A DNA stretch of 64,000 bases from Longimicrobiales bacterium (GCA_965218295.1 CBDCKN010000001.1:1-64000); one strand, 5' to 3'; positions 10,015 to 21,796 are shown, counted from the stretch's first letter. Notes: a model not told the origin generated them from the letters alone. Numbers and translations are program-made.

Positions 10015-11016
10015 ATGGCCGACGATCTCTTCGAGCTCCTCGCGAGCGACCGGACTCCGCTTTTCCTCGCGCCCCAGGCGGGCGTGAGCGAGTCCCCGTT
10101 CAGGCGGCTTTGCCGCCGCTTCGGAGCGGACATCGTCTCCACCGAGTTCGTGAGCGCCGACGGCATCATGCAGGGCAACCGCCAGACGCGGGATCACCTG
10201 CGATTCGACGAGGACGAGCGGCCCGTCGGCATCCAGATCTTCGGGTCGGACCCCAAGACCATGGGGGAGGCCTCGGCCCTGGTGACGGACCTGTTCGGGC
10301 CGGACTTCATCGACATCAACTTTGGGTGTCCGGTAAAGAAGATCGTGAAGCGGAACGGGGGCTCGGGATGCCTCCGGGACATGGACCTGGTCGAGCGCAT
10401 CATCAAGGCCGTGGCGGCGAACACGCACCTGCCCGTGACGACCAAGATCCGGAGTGGCTACGACGAGCCGTCACGGGACCCCGTAGGGATCGGCCTCCGG
10501 TGCCAGGACGCCGGGTCGCGGATGGTCACGCTCCACCCCCGCACCCGGACGGACATGTACTCGGGGGAGGCCCGCTGGGACGAGATCGCTGCGCTTGTGG
10601 ACGCCTTGGACGTTCCTGTGGTCGGAAACGGTGACGTCCACGTGGGGGCTGACGCGCGTCGCATGAAGGACGCGACGAACTGCGCCGGCGTCATGATTGC
10701 CCGGGGAGGTCACGGCTATCCGTGGATCTTCGAGCAGGCCAGGGCAGCGTTGGACGGCCGGTCGGTGCCGGCGGATCCCGGTGTGGAAGAGCGCTTCCGG
10801 GTGTGCCTGGAGCACATCCGGAACGGAATCGAGTTCGGACACGATGCGGATCGCACCCTCATCGACTTCCGGAAGCACCTCGGGTGGTATACGAAGGGAC
10901 TTCCGGACGGACGATCTCTCCGGACCGAGCTCTTCCAGGTGACGACCCTCGAGCAGGTCGAGATGCTGCTCCAGGGCTATCTGGATCGTCACCTGGAAGG
11001 GGCCGAAGCGGCCTGA
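10015..11016 (+). CDS. dusB: tRNA dihydrouridine synthase
   Basis: LAP.AGV, IDINFGCPVKK, LHPRTR, GNGDV, FRKHLGWY. Confidence 0.92.
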   Translation: MADDLFELLASDRTPLFLAPQAGVSESPFRRLCRRFGADIVSTEFVSADGIMQGNRQTRDHLRFDEDERPVGIQIFGSDPKTMGEASALVTDLFGPDFIDINFGCPVKKIVKRNGGSGCLRDMDLVERIIKAVAANTHLPVTTKIRSGYDEPSRDPVGIGLRCQDAGSRMVTLHPRTRTDMYSGEARWDEIAALVDALDVPVVGNGDVHVGADARRMKDATNCAGVMIARGGHGYPWIFEQARAALDGRSVPADPGVEERFRVCLEHIRNGIEFGHDADRTLIDFRKHLGWYTKGLPDGRSLRTELFQVTTLEQVEMLLQGYLDRHLEGAEAA

Positions 11017-11145
11017 GGGCCGGCCGCCGATGGTCCGGCGGGGCGCCTGACGCGCCATGAGAGGGATCCTGGCCTTCCAGGCCGGGGTAAGGGTAGTCAT
11101 CGGATGACCGATACTGAAGTACCGGCCGAAAGGCCGCAGGAAACC

Positions 11146-11500
11146 GGGGGCGTCACGGCTTCGACGCGTTTGGTGAACATGGAGTTGCGTGCCGAGGTTC
11201 CTGGGACCTCGTTAAACCCCTGGGGAAATCACAATTGCCAACAATGAACTGGCATTGGCTGCGTAACTACGGTTCGTAGTCCGTCTCCTGATCTGCCCGC
11301 CCGAGGCGGGTCTCCGAGACGTCGATGAGTCGGGCTGGTCCCACGCCAGTGCTGTCCTGGTGGGGGATGAGATGCCCAGATAGCTAGCTTGGGGGCCGGT
11401 TGCTCGCTCACCGCCCCATGCGAACTCTCGAGTGACGCTACGCACGTAGAGACTCTGTAGGATCGATTCGCGGACGCGGGTTCGACTCCCGCCGCCTCCA
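11146..11500 (+). ncRNA. ssrA: tmRNA; tag peptide ANNELALAA at 11237-11266
   Basis: 5' GGGGGCG..TTCGAC; 3' T-arm GCGGGTTCGACTCCCGC plus CGCCTCCA acceptor; tag frame ends LALAA-stop. Confidence 0.96.
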
Positions 11501-11505
11501 TCAGG

Positions 11506-11540
11506 AAGCTCTGACCATCGTTTGGGTGGTCAGAGCTTTC
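11506..11540 (+). terminator. Hairpin/terminator after tmRNA
   Basis: AAGCTCTGACCA...TGGTCAGAGCTT 12-bp stem. Confidence 0.7.
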
Positions 11541-11613
11541 TGGGATTCAGGGGCTGTTCGTGGCGGTGGGAGGCGAACCCGCCCGGACTCGGGCAAAGCC
11601 CGAGGCCGCATAG

Positions 11614-11662
11614 CGCGGTTCGAGCCGAGGAGCACGAGTGGCCTCGCTAGACCCAGCTGCTG
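11614..11662 (+). repeat. 49-bp direct repeat, left copy
   Basis: Matches 15700-15748 with one mismatch. Confidence 0.9.
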
Positions 11663-11699
11663 ACCGACGGGAGGAGAACACGCCGCCTATAATACAAGG

Positions 11700-12078
11700 T
11701 GGGGTACCCCCATTTCGCGGACACATCAGAAAAGGTCGACAATGGTCGGAGAGGTGTGTGATTACAGCAAGAAAAGATGTGCTCCGCAGCCGGGGCAAAC
11801 CAAGGGCCGAAGAGATGGCGGCCCTCGAGCGCGAGCTGGCTCGAGTAAGAAAGGAACGGGGTCCTTTTGCTGGAAGCGGCGGCGTTCCTCACGAAAGCGC
11901 AGAAATGAAGTTCCGCATAATCGAGCGTTGCCGCGACGGGTTCCCGATTCACCTGATGTGTAGTTGCCTCAAGGTCTCCTCCAGTGGCTACTATGTCCGG
12001 CGGGATAGACCTTTGAGAGACGGCGCCAAGGACAACCTCACATTGCTCGATCGCATTAGGGCACACCATGCCGAGTGA
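11700..12078 (+). mobile_element. IS3-family remnant (left end, end of orfA, start of orfB)
   Basis: TG..CCCC..GGACAC terminal motif; LERELARVRKER orfA-like tail; MKFRIIER..FPIHLMC..LKVSSSGYY orfB-like start; no DDE core. Confidence 0.75.
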
Positions 12079-14569
12079 CACGAGCGGGGTCGGTGGCGGA
12101 CCGCCGGCGCGGTTAGAGGTCCGACTTCTTGGTGTAGTCGAGATCATCTTGGACGGCCGGCGTCTTCGGGCCTTCAACTCTCTTCGCTTGCAACGGTCTC
12201 TGGCGTTGATCGCGATACGGAGAGACCTGCAGCACCGCTCACGACTCGCGTTCGAACTCTGGCCCGACTCCAACGAACGTCAGGCGCGCACCAACCTCAG
12301 AAAGCTGCTCCACGACTTCCGCCATTCCCTTCCCGACATCGGTGAGTTCGTCGAGATCGACAACGAGATTGTCCGGTGGATTCCGACTGGGCCGAGCGAG
12401 GTCGACGTGCTGAGGTTCCGCGATGCCATGGCGGTCGGTGATCTTGAGCTCGCCGCGCGCCTTTATTCGGGCGATCTCCTTCCGGCTTGCTATGACGACT
12501 GGGTCCTGGACGAGCGAGCGAAACTTCGAGCTGAGGCGTGCGGGGCCTTCGTGCGGCTGACAGAAGAGGCTGCGGGGCGCGACGACCACAAAGCCACGAT
12601 CAAGCATGCCCAACGCGTCATCGACCTGGAGCCGACCGACGAAGCGGCCGTTCGAATACAGATGGAAGCACATCTCGCACTTGGCGATAGAGCTGCCGCG
12701 CTGCGCTCCTACCACCGGCACGCGGAGGTGCTTGAGCGCGACCTCGGGGTGGCACCGGGTGAGGCGATGGGGGCCATGTACCAACAGCTCCGGGCCGGCA
12801 CAATCAGCCGCGACGAAGTGCACGGCGAGGATCTGGCACCCGTCGCCGAGTCGCCTTTCGTGGGCCACGACCTGGAGTTGAACCAGCTCCACGAGGCCTG
12901 GAATACCGCGCGGGAGGGTGGGGCACATCTCTTGTTGGTGACCGGGGAACCGGGGATCGGAAAGTCCCGTCTCGCAATGGAACTCGGCAGGCGCGTTCGA
13001 GCAGAGGGACACGTGGTGGCATCGGCTCGTGCGTACGAGGCTGCGGGCAGACTGCCGTGGGGTCCCGTCGTCGACCTACTCCGATCGGATGCTCTTCGGA
13101 GCCACATCGACACGCTCGACACGGTCTGGAGGGCCGAGCTCGCTCGCCTCCTGCCCGAACTCCTCGACGATTCCGAGCCATCTGGACCGAGCCAGTCGGG
13201 CGACCTGGCTCAGCGCCATCGGTTGTTCGATGCTGTGAACCGAGCCATCACCGTCGGCGACCGCCCGCGCTTGCTGATCGTCGACGATCTGCAGTGGTGT
13301 GACGCCGAGACCATCGAGTTGATCGGTTTCGTTGTCCGTTCCGGACAGACGGCACCGGTCCTCATCGTCGGTACCGTCCGCTCGGAGGAGATCCCGGAAC
13401 ATCATCCCCTCGTTGGACTCATCGACGCTTTGGGCCACGACCAGGCAGTGACCACCGTGCCGCTCGACCGGCTCGATGAAGCCACCACGGCGACGCTCGC
13501 TGCCCGGCTAGGCGCTGAAGACACGATTGACCAGAAACTGGCGGCACGACTCTGGAGCGAGACCGAAGGCAATCCACTCTTCGTCATCGAAGCTCTTCGA
13601 GCCGGGATCTCCTCTGATGGAAGTCAGGCATTGCTCACGCCGACAATGCGGGCGGTGCTGCGCGCCCGACTGGGCCAGCTACCCGACGGCGCTCGGCGAC
13701 TCGCCGAGGTGGCGGCGGTCATCGGTCGACCCTTCTCGGTTGGTCTGATGGTCTCGGCCACCGAGATCGATGAGCACGAGCTGGTTGACCATGTCGATGA
13801 ACTCTGGTGTCGACGGATCATCCGCGATCAGGGCGTCACGTACGATTTCAGTCACGACAAGCTTCGGGCAGTTGCCCTGGAGATGGTCAGTCCAGCTCGT
13901 CGACGTCAACTCCACCGGGCCGTCGCCGAGGCGATCGCGACCGAGTTTCAGAACGACATCGACACGGCCGGTCCGCAGCTGGCCGCACACTATGACCAGG
14001 CCGGCATGGTCGAACCGGCCATCGATGCCTACCGCATGGCGGGGGCCCGAGCGGTGGCGGTGTCGGCTCTCGATGAAGCGGTCACCATGTTTCGGCGAGC
14101 GCTCTCGCTGCTCGCCGACCTGCCAACGTTGCCCGACCGCGATGCGCTCGAACTCGACGTCCGGATCGCTCTCGGATCACCCCTTGTGGCCCTCGAGGGT
14201 TACGGCTCCAACAGTGCGCACCAACTCTATGAACGAGCTCTTTCGCTTTGCCGCAAGCTTCACCGACCCGTGGACCCACCGATTCTCCGCGGTCTCGGCC
14301 TCGCCCGGCTGCAGGGCTGCCGCTTCGACGATTGCAGTGAACTCGGCCAGGCCCTCTTCGACGATGAGTGTCATGATCCGATCGCCAGGACAGAGGGCCG
14401 ATATCTCCTCGGCGTGAGTGCATTCTGGCGGGGCGATCTGGCTACGGCCCGGCACTATCTCGATGGCGCTATAGAAGCCTATGACGTGTCCCATCGCGAC
14501 GAGCATCTGGCGTTGTACGCACAGGACCCGAAGGCGGTTTGCCTCGTACGGCTGGCGTGGGTCGAGCTG
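12068..14569 (+). pseudogene. SARP/BTAD + AAA ATPase + TPR transcriptional regulator, 3'-truncated
   Basis: LEVRLLG, LWPDS..QARTNLR, BTAD region, Walker A GEPGIGKS, IVDDLQW, TEGNPLF; runs into an unrelated frame after ~14569. Confidence 0.8.
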
Positions 14570-15444
14570 ATGGCCGTCAGGTTACTGCGAGCGACTACCA
14601 GAACGAAGACTTGTTCTGGGCCCTGCGCGGCGGCGGCGGCAACTTCGGTGTCGTCACCAGTTTCGAGTTTCAGCTCCACGAGGTCGGTGACATCGTGGGC
14701 GGGCCGTTGTTCTACGAGGTCGACGATGCCGCGGCGGTCCTGGAATGCTACCGCGAATATATTGCACGTGCGCCCGAGCAGCTCGGATGCTTCTTTGGCT
14801 GGCAGATCGCTCCTCCCTTGCCTTTCATCCCCGAGGATCGGGTCGGGGATCTGTTCTGTGTGCTGGTCACTTGCTGGAACGGTCCACACGAGGAGGCCGA
14901 GCAAGTCCTTCAGCCACTACGCGACGCCGCCGAAGTGAAAGCGGAGCAGATCGACGTCATGCCGTTCCCAGCTCTCAACAGCGCCTTCGACGGTAGCGTC
15001 CCGAAGGGCATGCAGCATTACTGGAAAGCAGACTTCATCACCGAGCTCACCGACGAGGCGATCGCCGCTCACATCGCGCATGGCAAGAAGACACCGCACA
15101 TCAGCTCGAGCATGCATCTCTATCCGATCAACGGTGCGGCTCAGCGGGTCAGCGCAGACGAGACCGCCTTCGGACACCGAGACAAGAACTTTTCCCCGGT
15201 GATTGCGGGTATCTGGGACGACCCAGCCGACAACGAAGCCAACATCCGGTGGGTGAAGGACTACTACGCAGCCATTCATCCCCACTCGGGCAGCGATGGG
15301 GGCTACGTCAACTTCATGTCCAGCGACGACGACCACCGTGCGCCCGCAAACTATGGCGCGAACTACGAGCGGCTCGCCGCAGTGAAGGGGACCTATGACC
15401 CGGACAACCTCTTCCACATCAACCAGAACATCGCTCCGGCCTGA
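14566..15444 (+). pseudogene. FAD-binding oxidoreductase (berberine-bridge type), 5'-truncated
   Basis: DLFWALRGGGGNFGVVT and BBE C-terminus YVNF..YG.NYERL..VK..YDPDNLF; N-terminal FAD-binding half absent. Confidence 0.85.
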
Positions 15445-15699
15445 GTAAGCGTCCATCCGTTGGGTTTCTTCTTTATCCTGACGGAGATCGTCTATCATCA
15501 GGGCTCGCTGGGTCAGGGGGAGGGGCTGCGCAGCCGCCGGATTCCCTTCGCAACCGTCTTGTCCGAGACACTAAGGCGCCTGGCGATCACTCGGTCGCTG
15601 AGGGCCGAGCTCACGGAGGTGGAGGGCTTTCACAGCGACCTGCTGGTAGACCGGTCGCTCGGCGGCGTCCACCAACGGCACCTGGAAGGGTGGGGCAGC

Positions 15700-15748
15700 C
15701 GCGGTTCGAGCCGAGGAGCACGAGTGGCCTCGCTAGATCCAGCTGCTG
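15700..15748 (+). repeat. 49-bp direct repeat, right copy (within imperfect hairpin 15693-15751)
   Basis: Matches 11614-11662 with one mismatch. Confidence 0.9.
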
Positions 15749-15922
15749 CCCAACGTAAGATGACTTGTCATCCAACCTCCGCCATCTCTGCCGGCTCGAT
15801 CTGACGGTTGATCCTAGCTCCTTGTCCCCTGCCACGCCCCGACCTACCGTTCCGCCCCGCTACGTCGGTTGCATTTCCTATCCGTCCAGGGCTCTTGGGT
15901 GGCCCAAAGATGGGAGGGTCAG

Positions 15923-16303
15923 ATGGCGATTCTGAGTTGGATTGGCGCGCTGGTCGTTCTGCTTTTCGGGGCGCTCATACTGAACGGCGTAAGCCAGTCG
16001 CTCGAAGGTCGGGACTCGATCTTCATCCACTACGGATGGGTCACGCTGATCCTCCTGGTCGGGGGTGCCCTCTTCCCGTTCTGGGGATGGACGTCGACCG
16101 GCTGGGTTCTCGGCGTGGCGACGGCATGGAGCATCGTGCCGCCCCTTGCGGGCCGGCTCATGGGCGACGACGCCCCCTCCGGTCACTTGTACCACGGCGA
16201 CCCGCCCGGAAGCGGCGGCACCGAGGACAGTGCTAGGCCGGATGATGACTCAAAAGGGCCACTCCCATCGGACGTCCTTCCGGAGGAGCACGACAAGGTC
16301 TGA
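15923..16303 (+). CDS. Hypothetical membrane protein
   Basis: GGGAGG RBS before ATG; about three hydrophobic segments and an acidic tail. Confidence 0.55.
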   Translation: MAILSWIGALVVLLFGALILNGVSQSLEGRDSIFIHYGWVTLILLVGGALFPFWGWTSTGWVLGVATAWSIVPPLAGRLMGDDAPSGHLYHGDPPGSGGTEDSARPDDDSKGPLPSDVLPEEHDKV

Positions 16304-16383
16304 GAAGGCCGAAGCAATCAACGGCCGCCTATGGTGTTTTCGCCTTCGCATTGAAATCGAGGCCGAGTTCGATGGCTTGGCAG

Positions 16384-16426
16384 CGTACGTAGGTTTCGCA
16401 TCAAGACATACGTATTCTCGCGAGAG
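16384..16426. repeat. Diverged TACGTA-N17-TACGTA dyad, copy D
   Basis: TACGTA at 16386-16391 and 16409-16414, same spacing as copies A-C, followed by a similar TCTC..GAGAGG. Confidence 0.5.
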
Positions 16427-16471
16427 GCACGGCAACAGAACGGAGCGGGAGGACGTACGCCCCCGTCCACC

Positions 16472-17794
16472 CTATCCCAGCACCCCCCGGTAGCGGGCGG
16501 GATCACCGCCGTACCCGGGGAAGATCCGATCCAGGTGCTCGGCACCCAGGTGACCCGAGACCACTTCGGCGAACACGTCCCGGAAGTCCGTGGTGACGGC
16601 CAGGTCGCGACCTTCGTAGAGCTGCTCGCGCTCGAGACCCGGCCAGTCACCCAGGATGCGACCTCCTTTCACGGATCCGCCCAGAGCCAGAATGCAGTTC
16701 GCGTGCCCGTGATCCGTCTCGCCCGAGCCGTTCTCCGCCACGGTGCGTCCGAACTCGGACATGGTCAGGATCACGACGTCCTCCATTCGATCGCCCAGGT
16801 CGTCGTACAGAGCCCGGACTCCCTGGCTCAGCTGCCCGAGGCGGCCGGCCAGCTGCCCCTGCGCGCCGCCCTGCCGTACGTGCGTATCCCATCCACCGAG
16901 ATCCGCGAAGGCGATCTCCACGCCCACGTCGGCCTTCACGAGCTGGGCGATCTGCCGGAGAGACCGGCCGAAGTCTCCGTTCGGGTATTCGGCCCCGCCC
17001 GACGGCTCGTAGCGACCGGGATCGATGGTCTCCAAGACGCGAACCGCCTTGAACGCCTCCTCGGCCGCGGCCGAGACGGCGTCTCCTCCCTCGGTGCGAT
17101 AGAGGCGCCGGAAGGCCGATCCCACCTGATCGTCACGGCGCACTCCGAAGTCGTTCAGGTTCGAGATGGCCAGGGCCGGATGACCGCCCCGCAGCGCCCG
17201 GGGCAGGGCACTGGTCAGCGAGACTCCCCTCAGGGACGGGACCGTGGCCATGGCCACCTGGCCGGCGGCGTGGTCCGCCGCGTGGGCTGCGGGGTTCTGG
17301 AGGGTGCGGCCTCCGCACTCGGCGCAGGCGGTGTCCTGCAGCACCCGATTGAGCCAGCCGTCGCTCGTGGACTTCACGCCAGGCGTTCCGGTCTCCATGA
17401 AGTCCTGGGCGTCGAAGTGGGAACGGGTCGGGTGGGGTGATCCCACGGCGTGGACGACGGCCATCTCGCTGCGGCGGTAGAGCTCTTCGAGGGGCTTCAG
17501 CGCCGGGTGCAGCCCGAAGAAGCCGTCCAGATCGAGAGCGCTCCCCTCCCGCGATCCGAGAGCCTGGATCGCGATGTTGCGGCGGGAGTCGTAGTACCCG
17601 CGCTCTCCGAAGGGGACCACCATGGACAGCCCGTCCACGGCCCCTCGCTGGAAGATGCAGATGAGCGTCTTCTTGCGGTCCAGGCCCAGTGTGCCAGCGA
17701 CCAATGGCCGGAGCAGGAAGTCGGGCGGTAGCCCAAGTGCCAGGAGGGCCAGAGCGCCCTGTTTGACGAAGACTCGTCTCCCGATGCCGTTCAT
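16472..17794 (-). CDS. DUF1501 domain protein (Tat signal)
   Basis: RRVFVK twin-Arg; FQRGAVDGL, RSHFDAQ, GGWDTH, SEFGRT..ENG..TDHG. Confidence 0.9.
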   Translation of the reverse strand: MNGIGRRVFVKQGALALLALGLPPDFLLRPLVAGTLGLDRKKTLICIFQRGAVDGLSMVVPFGERGYYDSRRNIAIQALGSREGSALDLDGFFGLHPALKPLEELYRRSEMAVVHAVGSPHPTRSHFDAQDFMETGTPGVKSTSDGWLNRVLQDTACAECGGRTLQNPAAHAADHAAGQVAMATVPSLRGVSLTSALPRALRGGHPALAISNLNDFGVRRDDQVGSAFRRLYRTEGGDAVSAAAEEAFKAVRVLETIDPGRYEPSGGAEYPNGDFGRSLRQIAQLVKADVGVEIAFADLGGWDTHVRQGGAQGQLAGRLGQLSQGVRALYDDLGDRMEDVVILTMSEFGRTVAENGSGETDHGHANCILALGGSVKGGRILGDWPGLEREQLYEGRDLAVTTDFRDVFAEVVSGHLGAEHLDRIFPGYGGDPARYRGVLG

Positions 17795-17795
17795 T

Positions 17796-19551
17796 TCAGT
17801 GCCTCTGGAATTCAGGTGAGCCCAGGATCAGGCTCAGGGCTCGGACACCGCCCTCGTTCTCCTCCTCAGGAGGATTCGCCTGGATGTCCTCCTGGATGAC
17901 GGCCATGAGCCCCGACCAGTCGGTGCCCGGAAGAAGTGCGTCCACGAGGCCGGGAAGGCCGTCTCCGTCCCGTTTGCGGATCTCTCCGAACAGGCGATCG
18001 CCGTCGGGCCCCACCCCCCGCAGCTCGCCGGTCACGTAGGAGGTGGCGAAGTTCATGCGGGTCAGCATGGCTCCGCTGGAGGCCCACTGGGCGCTCGTTT
18101 CCGGGTATCCAGTGGGGGGCTCGGCCAGATAGGGCGCCTCACCGAGGGAGCGAAGTGGCTCCACCAGGACCCGTGCATTGGGCATGTGCCCGTGGGTCAT
18201 CCGCAGCGTGCTGGTCACCAGAAGGAACGGAGACTTCACGCGGTTGGCCACGACAGCCGGATCGTAGAACTCGTCGGCCATGAACAGCGCCCTGGTCACC
18301 TCGCGCAGATCACCGTCGGTGTCCAGGAAGACGTCGGCGAGGTGGTCCACCAGGGTGGTGGGCGGCTGGTCCGCCACGAAGCGGGTGGCCAGCTGGGTCG
18401 CGACGTGCCGGGCCGTGGATGGGTGGCGGGCGAGCATGCGAATCAGCTCGACACCCTCGTCCTGGCCGCCGCCCGCCTCGAACACGTGACCCATGACGGT
18501 CTCTCGCCGCCGTCATGGAGCTCGGAGCGGAACCGGAAACGGTACGCATCCTCATAGTCGAGGTCGGGCAGTGCGAGGCGCCCGTCCTCGTAGGACGCCC
18601 GGGCCTGACGCATGTCCATGCGGTTCCCGGCCTGTAGGAAGGTCCAGCCCGTGAGGATGCGGGCGACGTCGATCACGTCCGCCTGTGTATAGCCTCCGTC
18701 CACACCGAGCGTATGGAGCTCCACGAGCTCACGTGCGTAGTTCTCGTTGAGGCCGGGCCGGGGCCGACGACGCTCCTCCTCCATGCGTTGCTTCACGCGC
18801 TCCCGGGCCCGCGCCGGCATCCTTCCCATGCGCTGGGCCATGACTTCGCGCCTCTCTCGGGCCTGGAGGGAGCTGTCGGGGGCGACGCTCTGGAAGTTGT
18901 CGAGGTAGAAGAGCATGGCGGGATGCTGGGCCGTAGCCAGAACCATGTCCTCGAACTTTCCGAGCACGTGGGGCCGAATGGCGTGTTGCTCGTAATCGGG
19001 GACCAGCCAACGGGTGGCGCCCTTGCCCCAGAACACGTTGAAGTGATCGAACCAGAACGCCGTCATCATCTCCTGAAGCTGTCGCTCCGAGTGGACGGCC
19101 CTCGTGAGGCGGGCGGTGGCCAGGTCGGCGAGGATGCGTCCCGGGCTGTGCTCCCCCAGCTCGCGACGAAGCCTGCGCCGCTCACCCCTGGGGAGTGAGT
19201 CGTCCTGGACGAGCTCTCGAAGGGGCTGGAGTACCTGACCAGGAGGGTACTGCTTTCAGGAGCTCGGCAAGGCTCATGGATGCCACGGGAGCCCCGGTCA
19301 GCAGAGGCTCGAGCTCCGAGTCGTCGATGCGCTCGGGGTGGAGCTGCCGATCCAACCAGTCGGTGATCCCGGCCGAGAGCACCGCGTCGATATCCTGACG
19401 GTCGAGGCCCGTAGGTGGCTCTCTGCAGGAGATGGACGGCCCGGGCCCGGTCCGCGCCTTCGGCTTCCTGGGCGTACGCCAGCGGAGCCTTGGCCAGGCC
19501 AGGGAGTACAAGAACTGCGATGTAGAGCGTGGCTCGTGCGAGTGCGCTCAT
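17796..19551 (-). CDS. DUF1800 domain protein, several frameshifts
   Basis: HLLQRATYGPRP, FWFDHFNV, AMLFYLDN, NENYARELVELHTLG and SPEFQRH spread over different frames; canonical partner of DUF1501. Confidence 0.85.
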
Positions 19552-19731
19552 GGCCGAACTCCCAATAGGGTCGCTTCTGATACTTAGACGTGTCGAGTGT
19601 CCCTCACGTTAAAGATGTACCCCGTACCCATCGCGTCGAGGACCGCGTCCGACCCCTCTGGCGTGCGATGAGGCTCGCCGCGAGATTCGGGGGCCTCAAA
19701 TCCAGGGTCTCCACTGCAATCGAAGGGCCTC

Positions 19732-20310
19732 GTGAAACAGAAACTATTCGTTTTCCTCGGGATCTTCCCGGCCGTGACCGTGCTGGACCTGATCACGAAA
19801 AACTGGGCTCTTGCCGCCTTGGACGGTGGCCGGCGGATGGAGCTGTTCTTCGGCTACGTCCCTCTGACCCTCGCGTTCAATCGGGGTGCGGCCTTCGGCC
19901 CTTTCCTTGGGCAACGATCCCCGCTGGTTCTTCATACCCATTACGATGCTGGCGCTGATTCTGCTTCTCGTCTTGCTGAGGCAGGCCGGTCCACGGGATC
20001 AGCTCCGGTTCGTTTCCATCTTGCTGGTCATCTCAGGAGCCTTGGGGAATCTCTACGATCGGCTCCGGTGGGATCGGGGTGTCGTCGACTTCATCGGAAC
20101 CCATCGATCTCGGCGTCATGCTCTGGCCGATCTTCAACGTCGCGGACATGGCGATCTCGTGCGGTGCCGTCCTACTCGCCATCTCGTTCTGGCGGGAGGA
20201 GAGGAGGGATGGGTCCGCTGCGGCGTCGGCTGGCGACCTCGTCATCTCACGCAGAGGACTCCGCGCCGCCGAACGGCGATTCCGCCACGGCTCCGAAGCC
20301 CAGTGTCTGA
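19732..20310 (+). CDS. lspA: Lipoprotein signal peptidase II, frameshifted; 3' end uncertain
   Basis: DLITK, NRGAAFG / GALGNLYDR, VVDFI / WPIFNVAD in three successive frames. Confidence 0.88.
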   Translation: MKQKLFVFLGIFPAVTVLDLITKNWALAALDGGRRMELFFGYVPLTLAFNRGAAFGPFLGQRSPLVLHTHYDAGADSASRLAEAGRSTGSAPVRFHLAGHLRSLGESLRSAPVGSGCRRLHRNPSISASCSGRSSTSRTWRSRAVPSYSPSRSGGRRGGMGPLRRRLATSSSHAEDSAPPNGDSATAPKPSV

Positions 20311-20367
20311 GATGGGTTTGCCCGGCTCACGGCCCATGCAGACGCGTGGGGCTCCCGGGCGGTCTGA

Positions 20368-21796
20368 TCAGAGCTTCAGGTGCTCTTGCAGGTCGAAATG
20401 GGAGACGTGGAGCCTGAACTTGTCCGCCTCGGCGAGCTTGGTCTCGATGAGTTTCTTATGGACGTCCCGCTCCGAGCGCGTTCTTGAGGAACTCGCTTCG
20501 CCCGGCCACGTGAATGGCCCTCGAAGAGATCATGTGGAAGCGATGCGATGTCCATTTCCTCAAGCTCGACCTGGGTGAGGTCGTAGAGATCCATCGACAC
20601 CGGGTCCGGGACCGGAGTCTTATTGTCCACGCCGTCGAGACCCGCCGAAAGCATGACACTGAACGCCAGGTACGGGTTACACGTCGGATCCGGGTAGCGT
20701 AACTCCATGCGCGTTGCCACCTCGTTGCCGGGCTTGTACACCGGGATCCGCACGGCGGCCGACCGGTTCCTCTCGGCCCAAGCGATGTACACCGGCGCTT
20801 CATAGCCCCGGCACGAGCCCGCTTGTACGAGTTGTACATCTGATTGGTGATCAACGCGAACTCCCGCGAGTGATCGAGAACGCCGGCGATGAAGTGCTTG
20901 GCCATGGCGCTCAGATGATGCGGATCCTTCTTGTCGAAGAAGGCGTTCGTCGACTCGTCTTTGAAGATGGACAGATGGACGTGCATACCGCTCCCGTTCT
21001 CATCGGCGATGGGCTTGGGCATGAACGTGGCGAACACACCGGAGCGGCGCGCGACTTCCTTCACCAGATATTTGTGCGTCTGGAGGCTGTCCGCCATCCG
21101 CAGCGCCTCCTGATAGCGGAGGTCGATCTCGTGCTGCGAGGGGCCGACCTCGTGGTGATGGTACTCGACCGGTATGCCCATGGCCTCCAACGCGAACACC
21201 GTCGCTTCACGGATGTCGTCTCCGGCGTCGACCGGGTTGATATCGAAGTACCCCGCTTGGTCGAGCAGCGTGGGGCCCGTCTCGTCCTTGAAGTAGAAGT
21301 ACTCGGCCTCGGGGCCCATATTCATATGCGAAAGACCGTGGCCTTTCAGCCGCTCGAGATTCTGGGCCAAAATGACGCGGGGATCGGCCGCGTAGGCCTT
21401 TCCGTCCGGCGTGCGCACGTCCGCGAACATCCGCATCGACCGCGAGCCGCCCGGGCGGAAGGGCAGAACCTGCGCCGTCGAGGGGACGGGCCAGGCCACC
21501 ATGTCACTCTCGTGGATCCTCTGATACCCCTCGATGGAGGAACCGTCGAAGCCCATCCCTTCCTCGAACGCGCCCTTGAGCTCTTTCGGAGTGATGGAGA
21601 ACGACTTCAAGAATCCGATTATGTCGGTAAACCAGATGCGGATCGACGAGATTCCGTACTCCTCGACGTACTTGAGAACCTCCTCGGACGTGCTCAGCGA
21701 AAGCCCGTCTCGGGAGTCCAGCTCGTCGACGTAGTCCTCCATCTCTTCACGAAACGCTTCGACGTCATATAAGAGGGCATCGAGGCTCATGGGCAC
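20368..21796 (-). CDS. Glutamine synthetase family protein (GSI-alpha-like), frameshifts near 20820, 20518 and 20470
   Basis: FDGSSIEG, HHEVGPSQHEI, ATFMPKP..ENGSGMHVH, NRSAAVRIP, RMELRYPDP. Confidence 0.9.

Noticed and set aside
11086..11145. Riboswitch or ribozyme upstream of tmRNA
   Set aside because: Only short hairpins (CGGCC-GAAA-GGCCG); compatible with a tmRNA promoter and leader.
15690..15815. Integron attC site
   Set aside because: GCCCAAC lies at the 3' end of the hairpin rather than the 5' end, there is no well-placed GTTRRRY, and no integron integrase.
11480..16470. attR duplicating the tmRNA 3' end
   Set aside because: I found no second copy of the tmRNA 3' sequence and no integrase gene.
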